A stretch of 62,561 nucleotides of DNA, filler included, from Dugesia japonica (taxonomy: Eukaryota): NCBI GenBank assembly GCA_001938525.1. It is 5 parts of 5 records of this genome, joined end to end, with 100 filler letters (N's around TTAATTAATTAA, not from the genome) between each part and the next. Parts side by side here need not be neighbours in the genome. Positions count along the whole stretch, not along the records: positions 50,308 to 62,561 come from MQRL01602125.1; 4 more parts are not named here. One strand, given 5' to 3'. A model generated the notes under the pieces. It searched no databases and had not been told where the DNA came from. It saw nothing but the letters and a program-made list of their open reading frames with translations. Numbering within the stretch: the stretch's first letter is position 1; every line of letters starts with the position of its first letter. Shown piece by piece: positions 51,260 to 62,561 of the stretch. Made by a program: the position numbers and the translations under genes.

Positions 51260-52080
51260 TTACAATAAATGGATTGTTTGTTTTAAGAACTTCTGATACT
51301 TTTTTTCTAATTTAAAAAGTAGTTCTACAAAATTCTTACTTGCTTCTTCACTAGAATATCTCAAGTATTCAGATATTATTAAATTTTCATAGATATTTAT
51401 AATATATGTGTTGAAGTGAAACACCTGAACGATATAGAAGAGAAAAGCCAAGGGCGCCAAGAACGTAAAATCAGGAAGAAAGGAGTCATAAAGATAGTCA
51501 ATTAAGAAGAAGTAAATGAAGCAAAAAGTACAGTATTTTTCTGATAAAAAAATGAGTGAAACAATTACAAATGATTAAAAATATAGCAAATGAAAAAGAA
51601 AAAGAGATACTAGTTGGTAGATGAACTAAATTAACCCTCTCCAGTGCTAATGATTAAAGAAAAATATTAAATTAATATTAAAATAGGAAAAATGATTATT
51701 GGAAAAATGTTTAATTATCAAAAAAATATTAATTATTTTGGAACAAAAATGAATTTAAATTAGGCCAAAATTGGTTATTCAAGAATATCTCCACTCAGAA
51801 GAATCACACGGACTCATAACAAGAAAATCTAAAAAGAAAAGGTTAAGAAGCATAAAGATTTCGCAATAAGAAAATTCTGTCACCATCAAAAGGACCACCA
51901 CAAGAGTTAAAAAAATGGGCCAATAACAGTTCAAGAAATAAAAATAAAACAAAGAACAACAGATCACATGGTGACTTAAAAATAGTTACCAATGTAAACC
52001 CTCAAAACTGTCAAAATTATCTAAAATTTGGCACAAACACCAACCAAGAACAAGAATTTCAAATTAAAAATAGCAGCCAA
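51260..52080 (-). pseudogene. cassette copy 2: degenerate hydrophobic antisense ORF
   Basis: WCLCQILDNFDSFEGLHW*LFLSHHVICCSLFYFYF, INIFLIIK, LYDSFL and YLRYSSEE align with copy 1. Confidence 0.55.
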
Positions 52081-52851
52081 TAGCATTGGTGTCAAGATGC
52101 AACGAAGACGCTCCGAATTTTAGAGGAACAAACAACTTAAAAACTGATATTACTCAATATAAACCACGTTATAAAACAATAACTCAAATTAGTGAGATAC
52201 CAGTGAAATAAATCAGTATATCACCCTCGAAATTTGTGAGAATTAAAGTTATTAAACAGTGTACTATTAATCGTCAGTGGAAACAATTTGTGTGAAAACT
52301 CTCAGCAACATATTACTAGAGAAAAGCGTAAGACAGAAATCATCATCAATTATTTTTAGTTGAAATAACTCTGTGATTGTAGAAGAAAATTCTCAGTCAG
52401 TGAAACAGCAGAATTTAATTAAAGCTAAATATACGACTATCTCGTAATTCAGTGGAAATCGATTCATAATTGTTCAACTCGTTGCAGAAAATATTTATAA
52501 AGAAGTGAGTAGTGATTTTAAATTGGTTATTTCTGTCAATGTTATATTATGCGTTAATAAAAATTTATTCTATGTAAACTGTCTATTTTTTAAAATGTGT
52601 AATAAATCATTTATTTATAGTAAATTAATGCCAATATCCAATGTCAACCCGTTGAGATACATACCAACTTGTATTTACCAACCTCACCAATGATTTTCCG
52701 AATTGACTTGATATAATGTTTACTCAGCAGGTGATCAATGTACTTATCTATTCACGAACCCTGTACATTAGTAGCAAAAAAACCATCTATTCCATACCGC
52801 AACCGAGTTGCATCACACATGAAGTAACAACGCCGATAATTCATTTCGACC

Positions 52852-52852
<1 letters not shown>

Positions 52853-52882
<30 letters not shown>
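52853..52882. repeat. (TA)n microsatellite
   Basis: About 15 TA units. Confidence 0.95.
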
Positions 52883-52885
<3 letters not shown>

Positions 52886-52982
52886 CACTCTATCAATCGT
52901 AAGCCATATCAAGTCCAGGAAATTACCATTTAAATGAATACACACCTCACTTCAGACACTGACAATTTATGAATCACCTAGG

Positions 52983-53252
52983 GTGCTACATACCAACAAT
53001 AATTCCTCAGTAAAAATACTTGCAATACAAGGAGAGATGCAATCACATTATTGGGTGTGTCACTTTCACCATGACATCTGTTCGCCGTTAATGTTCTACA
53101 CGAATATTGTTATTCAACACGTACGGTTCTTTTCTGAATTATCGGCATCACTATCACTAAAAAAATTTGTTAATAACATTAGTAGTGATCAATTGAGACG
53201 TGTTTCAGTAGTGTATTGTCCTGACTATTATAGAAATAACCCTCTCGGGTGA
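52983..53252 (+). CDS. cassette copy 2, ORF0 (unknown; start uncertain)
   Basis: 89-codon open frame, weakly homologous to 28114-28330. Confidence 0.4.
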   Translation: MLHTNNNSSVKILAIQGEMQSHYWVCHFHHDICSPLMFYTNIVIQHVRFFSELSASLSLKKFVNNISSDQLRRVSVVYCPDYYRNNPLG

Positions 53253-54040
53253 ATTCATGCATCGATATTCCCTTATTTAGACGATCGACAAAACATACAT
53301 TGGCAATTCAATCACTGAGATGAATATGACTTTTACCTATATCATGATTTAAGATCATCAAAATAAGTACGAGTATCTATCATCTGTTATCGACATTATT
53401 ACTTTATTAAATATTAACCTTAAAATGATTTCGACCAATATCCATGAGTCAAACTGGATTAGTAGCATTACTAAGAAAAGATTCCGTGCGAAAAAACATG
53501 ATAATCTGCCGTGATTTCAGATAGTAGAATCATCTCAATTAAATATAATGAAATTTTCCACCAAGTTATAATTATTAGTATTATTTATTAATATTATTAG
53601 TAATCTTATTATTATTATTCTTAATATTATCCTTAGAATTATTATATTGATTAACAACATAATTATTAGCATTATTATCACGCTATATTTGTATCATTAT
53701 TATGGGATGCGGTTCCAATTTTTAATAAAAAGGATGATATGATCGTTATGCGTATCTGGCCGATCGATGATCGAGCCGCCCCTCTCAGTAAAATCAAGGG
53801 AACCAGTATGGCTTTTACTGTTAATATTGCTACTAAAATACCGTTACTGAGGGCCACTGGCAACGTTAGACTATTCTCAATGTAAACTCTGAATGACACA
53901 ATATAAGAACTTTTATCAGTAATGCTTTTAGAACCAAAAAACAAACACAACGAGAAATTACTTTTAAACCATCGATGTCGAATAAAATGAACTCTTTAAA
54001 AATTTATTTTATTATTATATTTGTTAGGTAATCAAGCGGT

Positions 54041-54229
54041 ATGTCCAAACTCTTTTTAAAAACGTTAAGGTTGATCGGAGCCGAAAGACGTAAACCTCGG
54101 AGGAAGCAACTTTTACCCCACATCCTATTTAATGGCATAATTGAACATCCCGACGAAACAGATCTGCGGTGTTTCGCCGAGATGTACCCCTTAAACTTTA
54201 ATATTGACATCGATGATGAGGGAGACTAA
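54041..54229 (+). CDS. cassette copy 2, ORF1 (62 aa)
   Basis: Intact homolog of 28492-28686. Confidence 0.75.
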   Translation: MSKLFLKTLRLIGAERRKPRRKQLLPHILFNGIIEHPDETDLRCFAEMYPLNFNIDIDDEGD

Positions 54230-54395
54230 TTATCTGATAGGTTGTAACTGATTACTATCGAATCTTTTATGAAATAAATGTGAATTAAATTATTGGTTCT
54301 AATTAGTATCTAATGCTCTTGTGAGTCATTTTGTTCTATTATTAATTTCGATTGGTATATATCGATTCGTTATCAATTTAGGTCGTTAAGTAATT

Positions 54396-54816
54396 ATGGA
54401 ATTTAAATGGGAGATAGTTTTGGACCGAATTTTTAGGCGGACCATTTTTAAACATTAACATAACCCGCACAACCGTGATGCTAGGGTGTTGGCCGACTAC
54501 TCAAACCTATCGCAGGAGGGTGCAGAAAATGAGATAGTGAAACGCTGCTGAGCGTCATTATTTTTACATGTGGAACGGTCCCGATCGTACAAGGGCCATA
54601 TACCATGCGGTTCCAATTGCAACCGTAAATCGAGATGGCGTACCCCAGATTATTCGCGAATGGCACGAAGGACCCGCGATCGTAATGGTCACAACAAATC
54701 ATCTTCCACCAGCATATAACCTTGCAGCATTCGTCCATAATAATTTGTGGACTATAAGGAATTCGTCCGAAAGTATTAATGATGAGAATACTGCCACCCC
54801 TTCAAGTAACTCGTGA
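54396..54816 (+). pseudogene. cassette copy 2, ORF2 (stops and frameshift)
   Basis: MEFKWEIVLDRIFRRTIFKH*HNPHNRDA...WNGPDR...AFVHNNLWTIRNS. Confidence 0.75.
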
Positions 54817-54981
54817 ATGTTCGTTTTTATCTGCGCATACAATTAAATAAACGTTTTATCACGTTAAAATCAATTTAATTTTCGTATTTGCCTTGCGCTT
54901 GTTTGTTTACTGAACTAAAAAATTAACTTCGATTCATTATCTTTATTGTTTAAATTTAGTTAAATTGAATTTTCTTTTGTA

Positions 54982-55324
54982 GTGCATTCCTCACTCATCC
55001 GTGCTATGGCTCCCACTAAGAAAATACGTGAAGACAACGAGAACCAAGAGATGACTTAGGACCTGTACTGTCTAGTAAAAAGACGATGGGAAGCAAACGT
55101 CGCCAATTCCGCTAGTAAAGTGAAAAGATATAAGACCAAGTGCCTCGTTTTTAAAAAGGAAGTCGAAGCCTCAATTACCAAAGGGCGGGTGTGGAGAAGA
55201 CAGGTAGAGTCCTTCGCACCATGACCGAGAGAATAAACTGGTCAGCGACATTCTACATCTCAAAGAAAAAACGCCTCTTGAACCCCTAATGGTTGATAAG
55301 AGTACTCAAACTACGCGAACGTAA
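54982..55324 (+). pseudogene. cassette copy 2, ORF3 (premature stop, small deletion)
   Basis: ttttgtag|VHSSLIRAMAPTKKIREDNENQEMT*DLYCLVKRRWEA...QVESFA; TGG>TAG at 55057. Confidence 0.8.
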
Positions 55325-55487
55325 TCACTATTGTGTGGTTCGTCTCTGTAAATAAAGGCTCTTCGTGTAAATAAAACTTGTTTCATTCATCGATTTCATT
55401 TCATTTTATTGATAATAATTATTTGTTCTGTAAACTTTAAGGCTATTGTGGTCTTTTGAATTGATATTTAATATCTGAATTATTTTA

Positions 55488-55605
55488 GTGCCACGAATCC
55501 AATTAATCCGTAGTTTAAGACAAAGTCATCGTATAATTCAGAAGTTGCTGCTCGAAAGGCACATTAAACGACAAACAAAGCGTGCCCTATAACGTCACTT
55601 AACTG
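55488..55605 (+). pseudogene. cassette copy 2, ORF4 (truncated)
   Basis: attttag|VPRIQLIRSLRQSHRIIQKLLLERHIKRQTKRAL*RHL. Confidence 0.75.
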
Positions 55606-55609
55606 TCTA

Positions 55610-56714
55610 AAAAAAATCTATATAGTGAGCTTTTTGAAATAAAACTATTCAAACACGAGAATAATTTATGTTGAATTTTATTTACAAAAGTACTTATATT
55701 AATGCACAAAACACAATGAAATTAAGTTGTGTTTTCATCCTCCTAATAAAATATATTCGTCTAATGAATTTCATCATGTGTAAATTATATTTCGCTTATA
55801 ATTGATTTGATTGTTTCAAACTTATCTACAGAAAACGGATTTACTTAAATGTTTTCAGTTTCTGTTAAATATTTCAATATAATCCAATAAAATAGGATAA
55901 TTAATTAATTTATCATTTAATAAATCATATTAATTCACTGTTTTCTGTTACTTTAGCAGATTTTAAGAAAGACCAAAAGAAACATTATCCTCATTNNNNN
56001 NNNNNNNNNNNNNNTTACTTTAAAAGAGTAATTTTTTAAAATGACCCATCTGTTAAATTAATATATTCAAATACAAAATTGAAATCTGTTTACATTTAAT
56101 AAAATTAATCCAGACTCGTGTCCTTTGGCTACTCTCATTCTTTCATCTAAAAAAATTATAAAATCTTTCTAATAATTTATCAATTTCAAATAAAACTTCA
56201 GTTTCCGTTTTAAAATATGTCTCTACTGACATATCTCTATTTGGATTTGTGTAAAAACATTTTATTCAATACAAATTTAAAATGTTCTTAATGCTGGGCT
56301 TTGAATTTCTGAAAAATCTTCATATTTTGTGATTTTTGCAATTTTATATTTATTAAATATAAATAATTATTTATTTCTTCAAAATTTAATTCAATTAATT
56401 GTTTATATAAAGGTTTTTTTAACTTATTTTTACTTACTTTTGAATATTTTATCACATATATCTTGAACATTTTAGGTGACAATTTTTTTTTAACATGCTT
56501 TCAATGCATTATCGTTTTTGAGCTTTTAATGTAGTTAGTTTTCTTCCATAAATCTTTCCATGTAAATTTTTTAGAAAATAAATTTTCAATACATTTTTAG
56601 ATCCAGTAAGAGTTTTGGGGCTGCTAGTGTTTTGAATATCATTCCACAATCAGGACATATTAATTGTTCTTCTTCACATTTCTCACATTTATATTCCATA
56701 TTCACAGTAACCAT
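55610..56714 (-). mobile_element. degenerate N-terminal region of a Maverick/Polinton-type DNA polymerase B ORF
   Basis: Ordered remnants CEKC..LICPDCG, KGHESGLIL (cf. GSGW.L), YINLTDGSF (cf. YNPL.GSSY), NEDN.C..WSFL, and FHCVLCIN..KLFSCLNSFIS. No catalytic motifs are present. Confidence 0.55.
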
Positions 56715-57188
56715 TTTATGTATAAATTATTTACCTATTACTATTTTTTTCCTAATGTATTAGGACGAATTGAATTACACAGTTTAGTAACAAAAATTTT
56801 TGAATTCAAAATTCATTAATTAATAATTTGAAATCACAATTTTTTTAATGATTTTTCGTGTTATTTAGTGAAAAATGTCTATTTAGGAGATTTTTTTTAC
56901 GTAAATGGTAGTAAATTTTAGTGGTGCCTCTTTGTTACGATTACTATTGTTAAATTTTACCAGCTTTTCCAAAAAGTAAATTCAATCTAAGAGTTTGGGC
57001 AAAAATGTAAAAATATTGAAATTGGAAATTTTATCCATCACCAAAATTATTTGATTGGAGAATTTTTTCGATTAATCTCGTGTTAATTTTACAGAGGAAA
57101 TAATAACTCGTTATCGTCAAATCAAAATTAATGAGATTAAATTAAAGTTTCGAAAGAAAATTAAATATGTAAACACACTCATCAATCA

Positions 57189-57464
57189 TTACTGCAAAAC
57201 GACCACATCCAGCAAACAAAACACCGATCTACAAGTAGGACATGAGGCCTTTTGACTCATCCATACACCAGGGTCCTTTCTAGCAACTAACTGCCGAGAA
57301 GCGAACCATCTACCAAGACATTCTACACACCACATTGGTCGACAATAACATTTTTCACACCGAGGAGTAGTTTCCTCATTGTTTGGAGAAACACTTTCCG
57401 AGCACGATTGTATTAATTTAACGTTGGCCAATGTTTGAGAACATCCAATACAAGTTTCCGCCAA
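57189..57464 (-). CDS. TMEM129: E3 ubiquitin ligase TMEM129, last exon (C4C4 RING)
   Basis: ttcag|LAETCIGCSQTLANVKL..C...CEKCYCRPMWCVECLGRWFASRQ...WMSQKASCPTCRSVFCLLDV matches the TMEM129 signature. Confidence 0.93.
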   Translation of the reverse strand: MAETCIGCSQTLANVKLIQSCSESVSPNNEETTPRCEKCYCRPMWCVECLGRWFASRQLVARKDPGVWMSQKASCPTCRSVFCLLDVVVLQ

Positions 57465-57524
57465 CTGAATAACATATGGAAATGAATAATAAATTACTAA
57501 ACAAGCAAACAGTTCAATTTTTGG

Positions 57525-57730
57525 CAAAAAAAAAGAGGGTAAACTACCATTCCTAGATGTTCTTGTATGTAGGGTTGTATAGAGTTGTTGCTATATTACG
57601 GCACTCTATAAAACAAACTGTAAGCCACTCCTAAAGATTTGTGTGATCATCGATTTAAAAATAGATTAATAAAAGATATGGTTCGTAGAGCTTTGAGATT
57701 GCTGATAGTCTTAGCAGATTGGGTAGTCTA
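57525..57730 (+). mobile_element. Penelope-like RT C-terminal fragment
   Basis: EGKLPFLDVLV..TALYK..MVRRALR. Confidence 0.7.
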
Positions 57731-58254
57731 AGAGCTAATGGATAGGACCAAAAACAAACTGTGCACAGATTTAAATTATGAAAGAAAAAATAACTAAACT
57801 TAAAATTGTCGGAAAGAGCTAAATTATTGATATTAGTTAAATTTAAAGTCTCAAAAGTCTCCATAAATTGTTTATTGATTATTACAAGTATTTTCTTAAA
57901 AAATAAAAATATGAAATAACAATTCACAAATTTCAAACAAATAATCTGAGAAATCTTAATAAAATATTTTTCAAAAATATTGGTTTTTTTAATTCCAAAA
58001 TAATTATTTTTAAAAACTCATTTTAGAAAATAATTTTATAATTTAACACTATGTAAAATTTTAACTTTAATTTAAAATATCTTTGTTTTANNNNNNNNNN
58101 NNNNNNNNNNNNNNNNNNNNNNNNNNNNNNNNNNNNNNNNNNNNNNNNNNNNNNNNNNNNNNNNNNNNNNNNNNNNNNNNNNNNNNNNNNNNNNNNNNNN
58201 NNNNNNNNNNNNNNNNNNNNNNNNNNNNNNNNNNNNNNNNNNTATGTTTATGAT

Positions 58255-58560
58255 TCATTTTTACTTCAAAAAATCCCTCCAGTTATTTAAGCAACAAATC
58301 TACTACACCAAAGGCTATGCTCGCTAACCTAGTTTATCAAATTTATTGTAGCGGGTATGATGCCACGTACATTGGAGAGAGACAAAACATATTCGCACAC
58401 GTGTTAGATCATGCATGTTGCGGCAAAAATAGAAAAGGCAAAATAGGATTTGATGAGTTTACTGTATCGAACAGCGGTTTTGGTTAATACTTCGAAAGAG
58501 TTGTGTGCGAAGCTTTGAGAATTGAGTCAAATAACCCTGTGAGGGTTCGTGTGAATCCTA
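58255..58560 (+). mobile_element. Penelope-like GIY-YIG endonuclease fragment
   Basis: NKSTTPKAMLANLVYQIYCSGYDATYIGE...FERVVCEALRI; the 3' part is repeated at 59563-59680. Confidence 0.8.
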
Positions 58561-58901
58561 TCCCNNNNNNNNNNNNNNNNNNNNNNNNNNNNNNNNNNNN
58601 NNNNNNNNNNNNNNNNNNNNNNNNNNNNNNNNNNNNNNNNNNNNNNNNNNNNNNNNNNNNNNNNNNNNNNNNNNNNNNNNNNNNNNNNNNNNNNNNNNNN
58701 NNNNNNNNNNNNNNNNNNNNNNNNNNNNNNNNNNNNNNNNNNNNNNNNNNNNNNNNNNNNNNNNNNNNNNNNNNNNNNNNNNAGATAATAAACAATAGTA
58801 TTAATATAATAATTAATGGAAAAATAATAATAATAATAGAGTTAATAATTTAGAATGAAATAATAATTATATTAAGTATAATATTAAACTATAACAGAAA
58901 A

Positions 58902-59003
58902 TTTCATTAAAATAAGATAAAGCTTCGATCAAAACAAAATTTATTTGTAAAAAAGTTCAAATAAATTTTGTTTTGATCGAAGCTTTATCAAATTTTAATG
59001 AAA
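58902..59003. repeat. long palindrome (~45-bp arms)
   Basis: TTTCATTAAAAT..GATAAAGCTTCGATCAAAACAAAATTTATTTG / CAAATAAATTTTGTTTTGATCGAAGCTTTATC..ATTTTAATGAAA; a similar palindrome lies at 61790-61883. Confidence 0.85.
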
Positions 59004-61197
59004 TCTCAAATCCGATCAATGGTTAAGTCCAAAAATTATTCTCACAATAATGGTAATTATAAAATATAACAGAAAAATAATAATAATTTTTTAATTACGC
59101 TTTCTTCAAGCCAATTGATTATTTTCAAATGAATGGACTAATAAGTCACATGAAATTGTGAAATAAAGAAAATTACTAAAATTAGATAACAAACTATTTT
59201 TGGTAATTTATCTGATTGGTTGTGCAATTTAATATAAATTGCAACCACTCAACAGAAAGAGGACAATAAATTACGACACACAAAATTTTACGACATAAAT
59301 TTATTAGTGGTACTAAATTTGAATTGATTGATGAAGTTGTGAAAAGGTAAATTTAATTTTTGTTAAAATCAAAGTTTAATTTTAGTTATATTTCTAGCGT
59401 TGAGAGGCTAGTGAAATATAACGCCTCGATCTACAGTATCGAGTTAAGTTTAAATTAAAATCACGACTTAAAATCAATTGAATAAACGCAGGTTGATACA
59501 ATCTGGACGAATTGCTCTTTAATTAATAAAAACATCTTCACAGAAATTCATCTTTTTTATTAAGGCAAAATAGACTTTGATGAGTTTACTGTTTCGAACA
59601 GCGGTTTTGGTAAATATTTCGAAAGAGTTGTGTGCGAAGCTTTGAGAATTGAGTCAAATAACCCTGTGAGGGTTCGTGTGAGCCAACGTTTGTTTATTTT
59701 TGGTAAATTGATATCTTGTATACTCTGTTCTTTATAGGAAAACACCAAGTAACGGCTTGTAAATTTACATTAAAAAATTGTTCTATTTATAAAGTATTTG
59801 TGTTGTGATAATTGGTAATGAATTATTGAATCTTATTGTTTTTGTTTTCAAGTTTTTATATTATTTGATAATAATAATTCAAATATTACAGTTCTGTTCA
59901 GAACTTACAAAGCACAGATTGAAGTAAAATATTTACATAATTATCGATTCCTTCCAAACTCATTTAATTTACCGCAACCGGAAATTAACTGATTTTGGAC
60001 TCAGAAGCCTAAAATCATATTTACATTTTTAAAAATACAAAAAACGCAACGGAGCACATTTTTGAACCTCACAACCCTATTATTCTTAATACTCAGTTTG
60101 AAGCGCATTCACTTTTAATCATATTTTATTCGATTGATTACGTAACAGATTTTATTGGCCAGTATATAAACATTTTCCTCTTTTATTTTACAACAGTAAC
60201 TGATGATGGACATAGATTTGTTGGAAAAGTGTCTTGTAGATAAAAATCATAAAAAATTGCGTTTCTTTATTTTATTTAAATCGAAACAATTTGCACAATA
60301 TGTTTTTGAATTTAATTTTTGTTTAAATTCAACAAAATATCAATAAATTACGAAATGAAAATGAAAATGCTTAACTTGTCTATTTTAAAAGTCCCTTGTT
60401 CTTTCTTATGTGATTTACTCGTAAAGTATACATTTTCGCACACTTTACCAAATTGTACAAGAAACAATTTTAAAAAATTCAAAATGGCGGCTTTTTATCC
60501 ACTTTTAAAGATTTCTTTGTTTAATAACTTTTTAGAATTACGTCACTAGAACTTTTTCCATGCACCAATTTGTCCATCGTGTAATTGCGCATCCAACGAT
60601 GTAAAGTTCGGCGCAATATCCTGTTTCTACTTGACTCTGTCTTCAAAATATTAATATCCTTTGTTCCTATTTTTCGACCGGAAGGAAGCATTTTAGGATA
60701 CAAGTTCATGAGACATTCCTATCTTACTTTTTAATTTTACATCTAACCATAAATTTTTGCCCNATGTTTAACTAACACCCTNTATATTCAGTTTTCTATC
60801 CTCAATAGGAAAATATTACGTTGGTAAGCAAAAAATGTGGTTTTAGCCTCTATTTTTAGCATCAAATAAGTTATATCAAAAGAATATTTATTAACAAATT
60901 GACTACTGTGGGAGTCACTGGTGATCGATAATACAACAGTTTGCAGAAATTAATGCCATATAGAACAAATAAAAATATTTTTTCTGAGAATAATTCATAG
61001 ATATCTGGGAGAATTTTTTTAATTTAATTTAAATAATTTGGTATATATTATATTGTATTAAATGAGAAATTATAAAATTAATTTGAAGGATTATTGAAAT
61101 GTATATTATTAGAAATATCGAATATGTTTATTTATTTTTAAAAATCGATAGTTTTAAATATAAATAACTTAACACGTCATTTAATTAAATATTTATT

Positions 61198-61243
61198 TAT
61201 TACAACGAGTTCCGACAGTTTATATCTGTCATCTTCAGGCAAA
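61198..61243 (-). ncRNA. minimal type-I hammerhead-like ribozyme (Penelope pLTR)
   Basis: TTGC-CTGAAGA-T-GACAG atataaa CTGTC-GGAAC-TC-GTT-GTAA; GAAA is mutated to GGAA in this copy. Confidence 0.6.
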
Positions 61244-61299
61244 CTGTTTACAAATTGTTCTCTAAAATATTCAGTAAATCTTACACATTTTAAGATTGT

Positions 61300-61660
61300 G
61301 TCTCGCATTCTTTTAAAATTTCAAATGTGTTCAGTAATAAGTCTAAGACTCCTTATGGATTGGTTTCTAATCTTATTTATAAATATGAGTGTAATTGGTG
61401 TAATGCTACATACATTAGAGAGATTTCCCGCCATCTTTGTGAAAGAATTCAGGAACATAGTCGGTTAGGAAGTCGCAGTAATATTGCAGATCATGATAAT
61501 ATTCAGTGTAAATCAGTTATAAATATTAATAATTTNNNNNNNNNNNNNNNNNNNNNNNNNNNNNATTGGGAAAGAATCATGTGCGAAGCAGCATTGATGA
61601 TTAGATCAATTGATCTAAATATTAATGTGCAAACTGGTGTTTCTAAATTTTTATTGAATG
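61300..61660 (+). mobile_element. Penelope-like GIY-YIG endonuclease fragment
   Basis: SNLIYKYECNWCNATYIREISRHLCERIQEH...IADH...C...ERIMCEA...NINVQ. Confidence 0.88.
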
Positions 61661-61969
61661 TATTAATTTTTTATAATTACAATTATTATGAGAATAATTG
61701 TTGGACTTAACCATTGATCGCATTTGAGATTTCATTAAANNNNNNNNNNNNNNNNNNNNNNNNNNNNNNNNNNNNNNNNNNNNNNNNNNAAATAAGAAAA
61801 GGCTTCGATCAAAATAAAATTTATTTGAACCTTTTTACAAATAAATTTTATTTTGATTGAAGCATTTTCTTATTTTAATGAAGTCTTAATTTTTATTGAG
61901 ACTATTACATAATCGATTGCATAATGCGAAACTTTAGTATATATATACTCCATTCTTACTTTTAAACAG

Positions 61970-62015
61970 TTTTCCTGAAAATTACAGATATAAACTGTCG
62001 AAACTTGTTGTGATA
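61970..62015 (+). ncRNA. second hammerhead-like copy within an 88-bp inverted repeat of 61163-61250
   Basis: CTGAAAA-TTACAG atataaa CTGTC-GAAAC-TT-GTT-GTGA; GAAA is intact and the CUGANGA box is mutated. Confidence 0.55.
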
Positions 62016-62274
62016 AATAAATATTTAATTAAATGGCGTGTTAAATTATTTATTTATTAAATATAAATTTATTACTTTCAGAAATGAATTATTTGTTAAT
62101 TAAACAATTGTGATATTGGATAAAATTTATGGATAATTGTGGAATTCTCTGGATTCTAGAACAATGCGGCGCGGACAATTCGAGAAAATATTTTATTTTT
62201 ATTTCAAATTTCGTATGTTTTGTTAAGACATAATAACTCAGTGTTTACCAACGTGGGGCGTACGCTTCACAGGT

Positions 62275-62561
62275 GGAGGGTAATTCGATTATTCAGAGTG
62301 GATTCGAATGTTCAGGAAGTAATTCGATTGTAGGAGGGTAATTTGATTGTTTAGGGGGGTAATTCGATTGTTCAGGAAGTAATTCTATTGTAGGAGGGTA
62401 ATTTGATTATTCAGGAAGTAATTCGATTGTAGGAGGTTAATTTGATTGTTCAGGAAGTATTTCGATTGTAGGAGGATAATTTGATTATTCAGGAAGTAAT
62501 TCGATTGTAGGAGGGTAATTTGATTGTTTAGGGGGGTAATTCGATTGTTCAGGAAGTAATT
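62275..62561. repeat. minisatellite of alternating ~19-22-bp units
   Basis: AGGAGGGTAATTTGATT(G/A)TTC and AGGAAGTAATTCGATTGT alternate up to the window end. Confidence 0.92.

Noticed and set aside
62275-62561. CRISPR-like regular repeats (also 1-245)
   Set aside because: No unique spacers, no cas genes, eukaryotic context.

Overview
Very AT-rich, gappy eukaryotic genomic DNA. Short ~48-70 nt introns, Ty3/Gypsy and Penelope debris and the H2B sequence are compatible with a flatworm such as a planarian (inference only). Four N-flanked TTAATTAATTAA linkers (13574, 22443, 37375, 50252) show that the window is a concatenation of separate scaffolds. Host genes: an intronless AGC-like kinase, an orphan 260-aa ORF, a C2H2 zinc-finger exon with 3x62-aa repeats, a multi-exon gene with several ubiquitin-like domains, three exons of an MFS (OxlT-like) transporter, the last exon of TMEM129, and a histone H2B pseudogene. 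The rest is mostly decayed Gypsy, Penelope (with hammerhead-like motifs), Maverick/Polinton and MITE sequence. The most unusual object is a ~4.3-kb multi-gene cassette found as two diverged, collinear copies on different scaffolds (~25.9-30.2 kb and ~51.3-55.6 kb). It has a hydrophobic antisense ORF and five small sense ORFs that I cannot assign to any family; four of them sit behind a splice acceptor and most are followed by AATAAA. One variant carries a dense RFX X-box / AGGTCA / TATA promoter. Copy 1 runs into a hairpin-rich segment and then Gypsy protease/RT remnants, which suggests an accessory module of a large retroelement or endogenous virus.
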